A stretch of 64,000 nucleotides of DNA from SAR202 cluster bacterium (lineage in GTDB: Bacteria; Chloroflexota; Dehalococcoidia; Lucifugimonadales; OSU-TB39). Below, piece after piece: positions 27,628 through 38,193 of this stretch. Every line of letters begins with the position of its first letter. The stretch's first letter is position 1. Under the pieces are notes generated by a model that saw only the letters and a program-made list of their open reading frames with translations, ran no database searches and had not been told where the DNA came from. The stretch is from NCBI GenBank assembly GCA_009392195.1, contig VFGY01000024.1:20481-84480 (forward strand), given 5' to 3'. The position numbers and the translations under genes are program-made.

Positions 27628-27642
27628 AGGAGACAATGTCAA

Positions 27643-28818
27643 ATGAGAAATATATCCTTATATACAACAAAAACCACAAACAAGAGTTTAAAAACCAGTT
27701 TATCTACATGCTTATTCATATTTTTATTGATTTTAGTGGTTTCAGCATGTCAAAACAAAGAAACTCAAATTGAAAACAAACAGATTCAGTCAACAACTCA
27801 AGGATATGCAGAACATATTTTCAAAAGCATAGAAGTTGAAACCAGGGAATTGAAGATTTTGACCCATGATAGTTTTGATGTAAGTGAACAAATCATTAAA
27901 GAGTTTGAAAGCGCTTATAATGCGGAAATAACAATCTTGAAGGCGGGTTCCTCTGGAGCAGCGTTATCAAGAGCTATCCTTGAAAAAAGTAATCCATCTG
28001 CAGATATCTTGCATGGAATAGACAACACATTTCTTACTAAAGCAATAAGCGAAAATATATTTATCGAGCACAAATCTCCATGGCTTAAAAATGTTGATTC
28101 TAGATTCTTATTCGATAACTCATATCATGTAACGCCAATTTCATATGGTTATGTAATTATAAATTACGATAAACAACATCTTATCGACTTGGGACTAAAT
28201 CCACCAAAAAGCTTAAAACAATTAACTGAACCAGATTGGAAAGGCAAACTGGTAATACAAAATCCAGCTACTTCGTCACCAGGATTAGCATTCTTGCTTG
28301 TAACTATTGCTGAATTCGGTGATTCCAGTACATCTGAATATTCATACGCCGATTATTGGGAAGATTTAAAATCAAATGATGTATTAATCAAGGATGGCTG
28401 GAGCGATTCATACTACACAGATTTTAGTCTTTACGGGGGAGATAGACCACTAGTAGTGAGCTACGCAACGAGTCCTGCTGCAGAAGTTTATTTTTCTGAA
28501 GGTAAATATACTGTACCCCCTACTGAAAACCTTCTTATAGACGGAGCTTCATTCTTGCAAATTGAAGGCGCTGGTATATTAAAGGGAAGCCAGAACCAAG
28601 AATTAGCAAAACTATTTATAAACTTCATGCTACAACGAACATTCCAAGAAGATGTACCGACACGAATGTTTGTTTATCCAGTAAATGAATTTGCAAAAGA
28701 ACCTGAGTTTTTTCGATTCGCAGAAGTCCCTACTTTACCAGCCAAAATATCTCCACAGGCGATTGAAGAAAGTCGAGAAACATGGATTAAAACCTGGACT
28801 GATATATTGCTCAGATAA
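27643..28818 (+). CDS. thiB: thiamine/TPP ABC transporter substrate-binding lipoprotein
   Basis: 391 aa with lipobox VVSAC. There is block-wise similarity to TbpA as I recall it (SYGYVIINYDK, PPKSLKQL, NPATSSPGLAFLL, LVVSYATSPA, C-terminal TWIKTW). It is preceded by a TPP riboswitch. Confidence 0.9.
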   Translation: MRNISLYTTKTTNKSLKTSLSTCLFIFLLILVVSACQNKETQIENKQIQSTTQGYAEHIFKSIEVETRELKILTHDSFDVSEQIIKEFESAYNAEITILKAGSSGAALSRAILEKSNPSADILHGIDNTFLTKAISENIFIEHKSPWLKNVDSRFLFDNSYHVTPISYGYVIINYDKQHLIDLGLNPPKSLKQLTEPDWKGKLVIQNPATSSPGLAFLLVTIAEFGDSSTSEYSYADYWEDLKSNDVLIKDGWSDSYYTDFSLYGGDRPLVVSYATSPAAEVYFSEGKYTVPPTENLLIDGASFLQIEGAGILKGSQNQELAKLFINFMLQRTFQEDVPTRMFVYPVNEFAKEPEFFRFAEVPTLPAKISPQAIEESRETWIKTWTDILLR

Positions 28819-28841
28819 TAATCAGAAGTTGAGATAATAAT

Positions 28842-30497
28842 ATGTTAAGGACAAGCTTAACCTTACTGCCTTTGATATTTTTCATCGCTTTCTTTGCTTA
28901 TCCTTTGTTTAAAATATTGATTTATAGCTTTACCAGCAGTGAAGATATAGCAATATATCAGTTTGCAGAAATATTAACTGACCCATATTACTTAGGCCGG
29001 ATATGGTTTACAGTATGGCAAGCTTTTCTTTCTATGATTTTAGCCTTGTTAGCAGGATTACCAATAGCTTATATTTTTTCAAAATACGAATTTACTGGCA
29101 AATCATTCCTACAAGCTTTGACTACTGTTCCATTTGTAATGCCAACAATTGTTGTTGCAATGGGTTTCATAACGCTTTTCGGTAATGACGGAATTTTAAA
29201 TACAGGTCTTTCTAAATTCCTAAACCTCAATGAACCATTAATCAAAATCAACAATTCTTTAACAATAATACTTATTGCCCATACTTTTTATAACTATTCA
29301 ATTATAGTAAGAATCGTTTCAAGTATTTGGGCTAATATTGACCCAGAATTGGAACGCGCTGGATCAATTCTGGGTGCAAATAAATTTCATGTATTTACCA
29401 AAATCACTCTGCCTGTGCTTCTTCCCGCAATTATTTCGTCTGCTTTACTTGCGTTTACTTTTTCTTTTTCAAGTTTTGGGGTTATTCTCGTATTGGCCGG
29501 TCCAAAATTTGCAACAATTGAAGTATCAATATACCAGTTAGCTGTAAAATTAATGGATCTACCATCAGCTTCTACTCTTTGTATAATACAAATAATATTC
29601 ACTTACTCATTTATGATCTTATATTCTAACCTGCAAAACAGATACTCAAACTGGATAAACATAAGGCCTAGTAAAAACACTTACAAACTCAAAAAAACCA
29701 AAAAGGATAACATTTTTATAATACTGGGAGTTATTTATATATTAATATTAATATCGCCATTGATCGCATTGATTGCCCGAACTCTATCTTTCGAAATCGG
29801 AAATACTCAATCTCACGTTTCAGAACTTTTTTCAAATCAACAGGGGTCATATTTTTACTTGAACCCAATTACCACTATAATTAATTCATTCAAATTTGCA
29901 GCAGGCACACTTTTTATATCCATAATATTAGGTACAATAAGCTCTTATTTGGTTGCAAATAGAACTAACAGATCAAAAAACCACTTAATAGATGCTCTGC
30001 TAATGTTACCTTTGGGAGTTTCGTCAATTGCATTAGGTTTGGGATATATATTGGCATGGAATACCCCTCCTTTCGATCTTCGTGGATCATGGATAATTAT
30101 AATAATCGCACATTCTTTAATTGCATATCCTTTCGTCATGAGATCAGTACTTCCTGCAATTCAACAAATAAACCCGAATCTTAGAGAAGTGGCAACACTA
30201 CTAGGAAGTTCAACTAAAAAAGTTTTTTACAAAATTGATCTACCCTTAATAACTCCTTCTCTAATTGTAGGCTCCACTTTTGCTTTCGCTATATCTATAG
30301 GGGAATTTGGCGCTTCTCTACTACTTGTGAAACCTGAATTTACTACCATGCCTGTAGCAATATATAGATTCCTTGGATTACCAGGGGATGAAAACCTGAA
30401 AAATGCTCTAGTTATGAGTTCAATATTAATGTGCACTGTCATTATCGGATTTATATGTATTGAAAAATTGCGCTACAAAAATATAGGAACATTTTAA
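28842..30497 (+). CDS. thiP: thiamine ABC transporter permease (duplicated two-module type)
   Basis: 551-aa polytopic protein with two BPD_transp_1 modules. It sits between thiB and the ATPase gene. Confidence 0.88.
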   Translation: MLRTSLTLLPLIFFIAFFAYPLFKILIYSFTSSEDIAIYQFAEILTDPYYLGRIWFTVWQAFLSMILALLAGLPIAYIFSKYEFTGKSFLQALTTVPFVMPTIVVAMGFITLFGNDGILNTGLSKFLNLNEPLIKINNSLTIILIAHTFYNYSIIVRIVSSIWANIDPELERAGSILGANKFHVFTKITLPVLLPAIISSALLAFTFSFSSFGVILVLAGPKFATIEVSIYQLAVKLMDLPSASTLCIIQIIFTYSFMILYSNLQNRYSNWINIRPSKNTYKLKKTKKDNIFIILGVIYILILISPLIALIARTLSFEIGNTQSHVSELFSNQQGSYFYLNPITTIINSFKFAAGTLFISIILGTISSYLVANRTNRSKNHLIDALLMLPLGVSSIALGLGYILAWNTPPFDLRGSWIIIIIAHSLIAYPFVMRSVLPAIQQINPNLREVATLLGSSTKKVFYKIDLPLITPSLIVGSTFAFAISIGEFGASLLLVKPEFTTMPVAIYRFLGLPGDENLKNALVMSSILMCTVIIGFICIEKLRYKNIGTF

Positions 30498-31573
30498 TGT
30501 CTCAATTAACGATAACTGATTTAACTAAATCATTTAACGGCGATAATGTCGTTGATTCAGTATCCTTTTCTGTAGAAAAAGGTGAAATCGTTTGTTTGTT
30601 AGGACCTAGCGGTTGTGGGAAAACTACTTTATTAAGATTGATAGCAGGCCTAGAACAATTCGATTCAGGTAAAATCATATTTGAAAATCACGATTTATCA
30701 AAAACACCCGCTTCAAAAAGAAATTTCGGTCTGATGTTTCAAAACCTATCACTTTTCCCGCATATGAATGTATTTGAAAATATTGCATTCGGGTTAAAAA
30801 TGAAAAACTTTTCTAATCAAGATATCGATAACCAAGTATCAAATCTATTGACGATGGTTGGATTGAAAGGTTACTCAAAAAGAGATGTTAATGAACTTTC
30901 AGGAGGACAACAACAGAGAATAGCATTAGCGAGAGCGATTGCCCCATCCCCAACTCTTTTGATGTTAGACGAGCCTCTTGGTTCTTTAGATAGTAATTTA
31001 CGAAATTCATTACAAATACAAATACGGGACATCGTAAAAAAGATAGGCGTAACATCCATATACGTCACCCACGACCGAAATGAAGCACTATCAATTGCAG
31101 ATAAAATAGTGCTAATGAACGATGGCAAAATAATTCAAACTGGAACTCCTAATGAAGTTTTTCAATCTCCTGCAAATATTTTTGCCGCAGAATTTTTAGG
31201 CCACCAAAACATCATTTCAGGACAATTGCAATCCGATTCAAATAACATTTCATTTGATTGTGAATTTGGGAAAGTGATTTTATCGAAGAAAATCGCATAT
31301 AATCTTGTAGATAATTCAATCATTATTGATACTAGAGGAATTTCTTTATTCACAAAAAATGAAGTGGACAATATTGAGTCCACTGACAATTTATATGAAT
31401 GTAGAATTATAGGAAAATTTTTTAAAGAAAGGGCATACGAATTTAAAATCCAAATAAATTCTCAAATTCTAATTGCATCGTTTCAACCTAATTATTGGGG
31501 GGAAACGCCAGTTTTAGATATCGACCAAAAAGCATATGCAAAAATAAATCCAGAATTTATTTACGGATTATAG
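30497..31573 (+). CDS. thiQ: ABC transporter ATP-binding protein (thiamine importer ATPase)
   Basis: 358 aa. Walker A is GPSGCGKTT, the signature is LSGGQQQR and Walker B is LLMLDEP. The start overlaps the thiP stop (TAATG). A C-terminal regulatory-type extension makes it longer than E. coli ThiQ. Confidence 0.82.
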   Translation: MSQLTITDLTKSFNGDNVVDSVSFSVEKGEIVCLLGPSGCGKTTLLRLIAGLEQFDSGKIIFENHDLSKTPASKRNFGLMFQNLSLFPHMNVFENIAFGLKMKNFSNQDIDNQVSNLLTMVGLKGYSKRDVNELSGGQQQRIALARAIAPSPTLLMLDEPLGSLDSNLRNSLQIQIRDIVKKIGVTSIYVTHDRNEALSIADKIVLMNDGKIIQTGTPNEVFQSPANIFAAEFLGHQNIISGQLQSDSNNISFDCEFGKVILSKKIAYNLVDNSIIIDTRGISLFTKNEVDNIESTDNLYECRIIGKFFKERAYEFKIQINSQILIASFQPNYWGETPVLDIDQKAYAKINPEFIYGL

Positions 31574-31608
31574 GTAAATATATTGAATATAGGAGAATAA
31601 GTTTTCTA

Positions 31609-32577
31609 ATGGCTTTAATATTGAATGAATCTGACATCATCTCACTTTTCCCAATGGAAGACGCTATTAAAGCATCTGATTTAGCTTTTAAACTCCAAGC
31701 AGGCACTCAATCTATAAATCATCCCCGAATAAGAATCGCAAATCAAAAACAATTTTTCAATTATATGACTGCATCCTCTCCAGAACTTGGGTTTTATTGT
31801 ATGAAGACCTATTCGATTCACAAAAACACGCCGCCTACGTTCTATGTATATTTGTATGACTACAGTAACGGAAATTTACTGTCGATAATGAATGCATCTG
31901 CATTAGGTCAAATAAGAACTGGTGCAGCATCAGGAATAGCAACTAAATATCTGTCAAAGCAAAATTCAACAACCCTGGGCATCATAGGCACAGGCTATCA
32001 AGCCAAAACACAAGCGCAAGCTATTGCAGCTATACGCCCAATCACATTGATAAAAGTCTATAGTAGATCCTTGGAAAATCGAAACAGTTTCGCAAAGTGG
32101 ATAGAACAAAATCTTAATATCGAATGTATTTCTGCTAATTCATCAGAAGACTGTATTGAAAAATCAGACATAATCACAACTATTACCACTTCTAAAAATC
32201 CAGTTTTCAGAGGTAGTCAAATAACAGCAGGGACTCATATAAATGCTGCTGGAGGAAATCACTATATGCGAAGAGAGATGGATGATGATACTGTACTTAA
32301 GAGTGACCTTATAGCAACAGACGATATCAATCAGGCACGCATAGAATGCGGCGACCTAATCAATGTAATCGACAGAGGGTTATTACGCTGGCACTATATC
32401 CACCAACTGAGTGAAATAATTTCGGGATTGAAAGTTGGTAGAACTAATGATAACCAAATCACCTTATATGAATCACAGGGATTAGCTATACAAGATTTAA
32501 CAGCAGCTGCTCATATATATTCAAAAGCTGTTAAAAATAAAATTGGGGTCAAAGTAGATATTGAAACATATAATTAA
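31609..32577 (+). CDS. ornithine cyclodeaminase / mu-crystallin family protein
   Basis: Rossmann motif GIIGTGYQAKTQAQAI. I chose the ATG at 31609, which has an AGGAGA SD 12 nt upstream. The longer track ORF from 31495 would overlap thiQ by 79 nt. Confidence 0.85.
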   Translation: MALILNESDIISLFPMEDAIKASDLAFKLQAGTQSINHPRIRIANQKQFFNYMTASSPELGFYCMKTYSIHKNTPPTFYVYLYDYSNGNLLSIMNASALGQIRTGAASGIATKYLSKQNSTTLGIIGTGYQAKTQAQAIAAIRPITLIKVYSRSLENRNSFAKWIEQNLNIECISANSSEDCIEKSDIITTITTSKNPVFRGSQITAGTHINAAGGNHYMRREMDDDTVLKSDLIATDDINQARIECGDLINVIDRGLLRWHYIHQLSEIISGLKVGRTNDNQITLYESQGLAIQDLTAAAHIYSKAVKNKIGVKVDIETYN

Positions 32578-32590
32578 TAGTCATTCATAG

Positions 32591-33190
32591 CTATAATTTT
32601 ATTTTACCTAAACTTATTTGCCTTAAAGTTTCCACGTATAATTCATGCTCAACGATTAAAACCCTATCTTTAAGGGAAAATGGGGTATCATCTTCTCTGA
32701 TTTGGACCTCCGATTGCGCTAAAATCGCACCTCGATCATACTCTCCTTCAACCTTGTGAATTGTCACACCAGTTTTGTCCTCTCCAGCTTCCAAAACAGA
32801 TTCATGTACTTTTATGCCGTACATACCTTTACCGCCAAACTTTGGAAGTAGAGATGGGTGAACGTTTACTATTCTATTTTCAAAAGTACTCATTATCGAT
32901 TCGCCCAATCTTTTCATATATCCAGCGAGGACAATCAAATCAACTTCATATCGTAATAACTTTTGAGTGATTTGGTAATCTACTTCATTATCATCATCAT
33001 ATAAAGATTTACTGATATGAAAATATGGAATACCTTCATTCTTCGCTCGCTTCAACGCTCCAGATTTTGAATTGTTGCTTATTACAACTACGGGAGTTGC
33101 AATGATGATTTCTGCCTTGCAAGCATCCACGATTGCCTGCAAATTCGATCCTCCATGGGAAGCTAAGATGCCTATATTTAATTTCCGCAT
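32591..33190 (-). CDS. purN: phosphoribosylglycinamide formyltransferase
   Basis: 199 aa. Motifs present: LASHGGSNLQAI, LAGYMKRL, NVHPSLLPKFGGKGMYG. Confidence 0.93.
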   Translation of the reverse strand: MRKLNIGILASHGGSNLQAIVDACKAEIIIATPVVVISNNSKSGALKRAKNEGIPYFHISKSLYDDDNEVDYQITQKLLRYEVDLIVLAGYMKRLGESIMSTFENRIVNVHPSLLPKFGGKGMYGIKVHESVLEAGEDKTGVTIHKVEGEYDRGAILAQSEVQIREDDTPFSLKDRVLIVEHELYVETLRQISLGKIKL

Positions 33191-33276
33191 ATTAATTTGC
33201 TCTGATTCATATAGTTTATTCTAACCTACTCAACTAGTATATATTTCATATTGAAACTTGGTTAAGGTACTAAACA

Positions 33277-34551
33277 TTGAATGAATCATCTAAAGAATTA
33301 AATCCCGAAAAAAAATCAGCAATTGGGCTACTAACATCATTTGCAAATAAAAATGTTAAAGTTTTATGGGCCATTGTGATCGGTCATATTTTCAAACATT
33401 TGTTCAATGGAGGAATTCATGCTTTAATACTGCCGAAAATCAAAATTGACTTAGGATTAAATAAAGCTCAATTTGGCGCTTTAAATACAGTAGGATCTCT
33501 CAGCCACTCTTCATCAACAATAATCACTGGTGCCTTGGTAGATAGGTATCGTAATCGTGCAAATATCTTTATTGGTTTATCAATAATGTTGATGGGGATT
33601 GCAACTTTCACTGCTAGTTTTATATCAACTTATCAACTTATGCTGTTGGGAATATTATTCATGTCTATAGGACCATCTATGTTTCACCCCCCAGCTCTAG
33701 GTGAACTAGCAAGAAGGTTCCCCAACAAAAAAGGCCTAGCAGTATCCATGCATGGTTTCGGAGCTAATATAGGAGAAGTATTAGGTCCAATTACAATAGC
33801 TGGTTTATTGGTATTGCTTGTAGATTGGCAAAATGTCATGAGAATCAGTATAGCTCCAGCTATTTTTATTAGCATTGGATTGTGGCTGATTATCGATAAA
33901 CCAAAATTAACAGAATCAACAACTATTTCATCGATATCAGAATATGTTAAATCCCTGCTAGAAACCCTAAGAAACAAAACTATTATTATTTTGATAATAG
34001 CAATATCGCTAAAAAGTATAGGAGAAGGGGCAGTCGGCACTTATATACCTCTATACCTTGTTGAAGAATTAGAGATAAACGAAATCAAAATAGGATTGCT
34101 TTTATCTCTTGCACAAACTATGGGAATAATATCCCAACCTATAATGGGCAATCTATCTGACACTAAAGGCAGGAAAATCGTACTCGTGGTTGGCACGGGG
34201 TGTGTTGGATTATTATCGATTGGACTAGCAGTAATGGCACATCCTTCAATAGCTTCGATAAACTCTTCATTAGTCGTAATAGGGCTATGGGCAATTATTA
34301 TAGGTAAAGGAGCATTTACATTTTCCCTACACCATATTTATCTGGCAGCTGCACTAGACGTTTCCGGCACTAAAACTCAGTCATCAATAGTTGCTATAAT
34401 GTATGGTTCAGGAATAATCAGCACTTTCGCACCTTATTTAGCCGGTTTACTCGCAGATAAATATGGATTCTATGCTGCTTTTCTTTTCGGAGGGATAATT
34501 CTGATTGCAGCTGGATTTGTTCTATTGTCTATTAAAATAACCCGACAGTAG
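33277..34551 (+). CDS. MFS transporter
   Basis: 424 aa with 12 predicted TM helices and an MFS loop motif (GALVDRYRNR; LSDTKGRK). TTG start with an AAGGT SD. Confidence 0.85.
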   Translation: MNESSKELNPEKKSAIGLLTSFANKNVKVLWAIVIGHIFKHLFNGGIHALILPKIKIDLGLNKAQFGALNTVGSLSHSSSTIITGALVDRYRNRANIFIGLSIMLMGIATFTASFISTYQLMLLGILFMSIGPSMFHPPALGELARRFPNKKGLAVSMHGFGANIGEVLGPITIAGLLVLLVDWQNVMRISIAPAIFISIGLWLIIDKPKLTESTTISSISEYVKSLLETLRNKTIIILIIAISLKSIGEGAVGTYIPLYLVEELEINEIKIGLLLSLAQTMGIISQPIMGNLSDTKGRKIVLVVGTGCVGLLSIGLAVMAHPSIASINSSLVVIGLWAIIIGKGAFTFSLHHIYLAAALDVSGTKTQSSIVAIMYGSGIISTFAPYLAGLLADKYGFYAAFLFGGIILIAAGFVLLSIKITRQ

Positions 34552-34575
34552 ATTACCAATCTCCAACTAAGAAGT

Positions 34576-35748
34576 TTAATTAATAATAAATACTGATTTT
34601 TGAACAGGTGTGGTTACATTTGCACCTTCATTATTGATATATACGTCTATTTCAGACCTTACCCCAAATTCAGGTAAATATATACCAGGCTCTACAGTAA
34701 GCCCAATTCCCGGAATTATTCGCCTTTTATCAAATGTCTCCAAACCATCCAAGTTGACTCCACTAGCATGTACTTCTAGGCCAATACTATGACCGAGGCG
34801 ATGAGTAAAATAGTCTCCATAACCCAATCTATCTATATAATCACGCGCAATTTTGTCAACTTCCCAACCATAAATTGGAATGTCTTCTTCAAATCTTCTA
34901 TTTATTTCTGATACTGCAAGATCTCTAGCATTTATTACAATATCAAACACTTTCTGATTCGTTGATGGCACCTTACTACCAATATAACCAACCCAAGTAA
35001 TATCGGAAAATATACTAGACATCGTATCGAGTTTCGCCCATAAATCGATTAACACCCAATCACCAATTTTAAATTCACGTCCATCTGAAATTTCCGGGTC
35101 AAAATGTGGATCTGAAGAGTGCTCATTTATAGCTACTACAGGACCTTCGTCATAAAACATTTTATTATCAATAAATTTTTTCCTTATAAAATCGCGTACA
35201 TCGATTTCTTTTAAACCTTTATCGATATTATCACCGATAAATTCAAAAGCTTTAACTACTATTTCTCCAAGAATTTTACCTGACTGAATATGAGAGTCCA
35301 ATCCCTCATTGTCCCAACGCTGCGTAGCGTATACCACCATATCAGCAGAAGAATGTACAGAAACCCCAAAAGTTTTTATTAGTTCAATTGTGCCTGCATC
35401 TACACTGGATAATTTTGGCAGTTCAGCAAACGGGGAATATTCCATCGCAATATTTGATTTAGTCTTTAACAAATTTTGCAATTTATTAACCATATCAGTC
35501 CTTCCTACAAATATTTCTTTAGACAAATCGATTGCTGAAAATTGACCAAGATCTACATAACTCACCAATAATAATGGTTGACCTGAAACAGGAACCCAAA
35601 GGAATATTGGTCTTGTCACGTTTTCAATTTGACCTAAAATTTCCAACATCAAATTATTGCTACCTTTATAATCATACACAAGCCACCCATCCAATTTAGA
35701 TTTGATCATGAAATCGCGAGCGTCTTGAATTATGCTATTGATTCGCAA
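34576..35748 (-). CDS. M24-family Xaa-Pro aminopeptidase/dipeptidase
   Basis: 390 aa. The pita-bread fold metal ligand blocks are present: DLWAK..SDITW, HRLGHSIGLEVH, VEPGIY, SEIDV. Confidence 0.88.
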   Translation of the reverse strand: MRINSIIQDARDFMIKSKLDGWLVYDYKGSNNLMLEILGQIENVTRPIFLWVPVSGQPLLLVSYVDLGQFSAIDLSKEIFVGRTDMVNKLQNLLKTKSNIAMEYSPFAELPKLSSVDAGTIELIKTFGVSVHSSADMVVYATQRWDNEGLDSHIQSGKILGEIVVKAFEFIGDNIDKGLKEIDVRDFIRKKFIDNKMFYDEGPVVAINEHSSDPHFDPEISDGREFKIGDWVLIDLWAKLDTMSSIFSDITWVGYIGSKVPSTNQKVFDIVINARDLAVSEINRRFEEDIPIYGWEVDKIARDYIDRLGYGDYFTHRLGHSIGLEVHASGVNLDGLETFDKRRIIPGIGLTVEPGIYLPEFGVRSEIDVYINNEGANVTTPVQKSVFIIN

Positions 35749-35912
35749 TTGTTGCTCCTAAACCATCTTGTCGAAGAACTATTAATATTTATTGTCAGGT
35801 AAATTGTTTACCTTTAATGCGATTTTGGTAAAATAAAACCCTGAACTTGGTTATAACAATCATACTATATTGTAACTGGATTTTTTATTTGACTGCACTT
35901 CTAAACAAGGTA

Positions 35913-36797
35913 ATGACAGCGAAGGAAGCCGTGGCAAAATATGTCTCGGATGGTGATACTGTAGGTATTGGTGGTCAAAGCATCGGCCGATGTAGCATGG
36001 CATTAGCACATGAAGTTATCCGGCAAAACAAAACCGATTTAACGCTTGTAGGATGTAATATGGCTATGCACATGGATTTACTGGTAGGAGCTGGAGCTGT
36101 AAAAAAAACAGAGTCAGGAACTGGCAACTTAGAGAGATACGGAACTGCTTTTCAGTGGAGAAAAGCAATAGAACAAAAAACCATCGAAGTTGAAGATTAT
36201 AGTCATCTGTCTATGTCTCTTCGTTTTTTAGCCGGTTCACTTGGACTTCCTTTTATCCCAACCAAAAGCATGTTAGGAACAGATTTATCACAACAAGTTT
36301 CTAATAACATTTTGGAATCTAAAGACCCATGGAATTCCGAAAAGTCAGTACTGCTTCTAAAAGCTTGTAACCCAGACGTGTCAATAGTCCACGTGCAAAA
36401 GGCAGATTCCCTAGGAAATGCGATTATCGAAGGTTTTAGTACTCATGAACCTGAAATGATAAAAGCTTCTAAATCGGTTATCGTAAGTTGCGAGCAATTA
36501 ATAGATACCGAGGTTGTCAGACAAAACCCAGAAATGACATCAATCCCTTATATATTTGTCGATGCAGTTGTATTACAGCCCTGGGGAGCATACCCAACAT
36601 CTACATATAAATTTTATGAACATGACGAACCTCACATCAAACGTTATCAATCAATAGCAAAATCCAATGAATCCGAATACAGAAAATATCTTGAAGATTA
36701 CATATACGACTGTGCAGATTTCGATAATTATTTGAAAATGGTTACCACACCGGAAAATCTTAATTCCCTTGCCGAATCTATGCATAACGTATCCTAA
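35913..36797 (+). CDS. family I CoA-transferase, subunit A (glutaconate/3-oxoacid CoA-transferase type)
   Basis: It begins MTAKEAVAKYVSDGDTVGIGG, a typical subunit-A N-terminus. The ATG at 35913 is preferred over the hydrophobic 22-codon extension in the track ORF. Confidence 0.85.
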   Translation: MTAKEAVAKYVSDGDTVGIGGQSIGRCSMALAHEVIRQNKTDLTLVGCNMAMHMDLLVGAGAVKKTESGTGNLERYGTAFQWRKAIEQKTIEVEDYSHLSMSLRFLAGSLGLPFIPTKSMLGTDLSQQVSNNILESKDPWNSEKSVLLLKACNPDVSIVHVQKADSLGNAIIEGFSTHEPEMIKASKSVIVSCEQLIDTEVVRQNPEMTSIPYIFVDAVVLQPWGAYPTSTYKFYEHDEPHIKRYQSIAKSNESEYRKYLEDYIYDCADFDNYLKMVTTPENLNSLAESMHNVS

Positions 36798-36804
36798 TAC
36801 AATC

Positions 36805-37578
36805 ATGAACTCACAACCAAAAGCCAATTTAAAAGAAATAATGGTAATTGAAGCTTCGAAATTTATTTCGAACGGAGATACAGTGATGGTTGGAACGGGA
36901 ATGCCGTTTGTTGCCAGTATATTTGCACTTAAAAGTCACGCTCCAGAAATGTGCTTTGTAGTTGAAACAGGCACTATAGCACCTGAAGTTATCCCGATTC
37001 CAATTTCAGTATCTGATCCAAGAGTGATGCACAGGGCTGTAAAACTTGGGTCCTTATTAGATGCCCTAGGAGGAATTTTACATAGAGGAATGGCAGATAT
37101 AGGTTTCCTTGGAGGTGCTCAAATAGATAAATTTGCCAATGTTAATTCCACTTTGATTGGGGATAAAACAAATCCTAAGGTAAGGCTGCCTGGTAGTGGC
37201 GGGGCTAATGATATCGCTTCCCATGCTAAACAAATCTTAATAATTGCGCCACACGAAAAAAGAAGGTTCCCAGAAAAATGTGATTATATAACAAGTCCAG
37301 GATACATCGACGGCCCTGAAGGTAGAGTAAAGGCAAGTTTACCAGTCGAATTTCCCGATATTTCTGTAGTAACTGATTTAGCGATAATGAAAATTAATAA
37401 ATCAAAGGGAATTTTGGAAATAACACATACGATGCCTAGCATTTCCGTTAATCACGTTATCGCCAATACAGGATTTACACCTTTGATTTCAGATAACATC
37501 CAAATTATCCCCGTACCAACAAAAGACGAATTAGACTTGTTAAGAAATACAATAGATCCTAATGGTGTGTACGTATAA
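36805..37578 (+). CDS. family I CoA-transferase, subunit B
   Basis: It begins MNSQPKANLKEIMVIEASKFISNGDTVMVGTGMP and has VVETG in the position of the catalytic Glu motif. The ATG at 36805 avoids overlap with subunit A. Confidence 0.85.
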   Translation: MNSQPKANLKEIMVIEASKFISNGDTVMVGTGMPFVASIFALKSHAPEMCFVVETGTIAPEVIPIPISVSDPRVMHRAVKLGSLLDALGGILHRGMADIGFLGGAQIDKFANVNSTLIGDKTNPKVRLPGSGGANDIASHAKQILIIAPHEKRRFPEKCDYITSPGYIDGPEGRVKASLPVEFPDISVVTDLAIMKINKSKGILEITHTMPSISVNHVIANTGFTPLISDNIQIIPVPTKDELDLLRNTIDPNGVYV

Positions 37579-37581
37579 AAA

Positions 37582-38193
37582 TCAACTACCCCATTTAGAA
37601 AAAGCCTTACTGTACTCATCAGTGGTATTCAAATCCAAACCAACTAATGGTTCGTGCATTTCAACTTTGTTTGTCTTGGCTTTGTATTTCTCGGTTACCA
37701 CCCTTATTCCAGACGATTCATCCAAGATCGTCGCCAGCTCATTCCTAAGAGCAGATGCGAATATTATAGGATGACCACCTTTACCGTTGTAACTTGGATA
37801 TGTAATCAGATAATCCAAAGACGAATGGTGTTGAATCAAGCGATCAACAATCACCCTATTTCTAGGTTGGTCTACGCCTAAAATCATAATAGATGTAGTT
37901 TCAGGTGATACACGATTGACTCCTTCAACAATTGAAGTTGCCCTACCATCCTGAAACCGATTATTCAAAACAAATGAAGCATTAGTTTTTTCTATATAAG
38001 GGGTAATCAACTCATAATTATGTCCTACCACAACTATGACTTCATGTACTCCACCTTCAAACAAGGTTTTTATTTGATACTCTATCAATGTTGTATTACG
38101 CCACTTTAATAACGGCTTATATCCGTTCATTCGGCTGGAAAACCCAGCCGCCGTCAAAATTGCAGTAACGTAATTATTATCGTTACGGTCCAA
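37582..38193 (-). CDS. MobA-like NTP transferase (molybdenum cofactor cytidylyl/guanylyl-transferase, MocA-like)
   Basis: 203 aa. The N-terminal AILTAAGFSSRMNGYKPLL is typical of the NTP_transf_3 family. It overlaps the XdhC-like gene by 11 nt. Confidence 0.8.
   Translation of the reverse strand: MDRNDNNYVTAILTAAGFSSRMNGYKPLLKWRNTTLIEYQIKTLFEGGVHEVIVVVGHNYELITPYIEKTNASFVLNNRFQDGRATSIVEGVNRVSPETTSIMILGVDQPRNRVIVDRLIQHHSSLDYLITYPSYNGKGGHPIIFASALRNELATILDESSGIRVVTEKYKAKTNKVEMHEPLVGLDLNTTDEYSKAFSKWGS

Noticed and set aside
31495-31608. N-terminal extensions in the track ORFs for OCD (31495), CoA-transferase A (35847) and CoA-transferase B (36769)
   Set aside because: The extensions overlap upstream genes or encode non-homologous junk. 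Internal ATGs with better context (31609 with AGGAGA, 35913, 36805) give canonical family N-termini.
37562-37881. Plus-strand ORFs of 70 and 75 aa after the CoA-transferase genes
   Set aside because: They are antisense to the MocA-like gene, which has a clear NTP-transferase N-terminal motif. They have no SD and no family resemblance.
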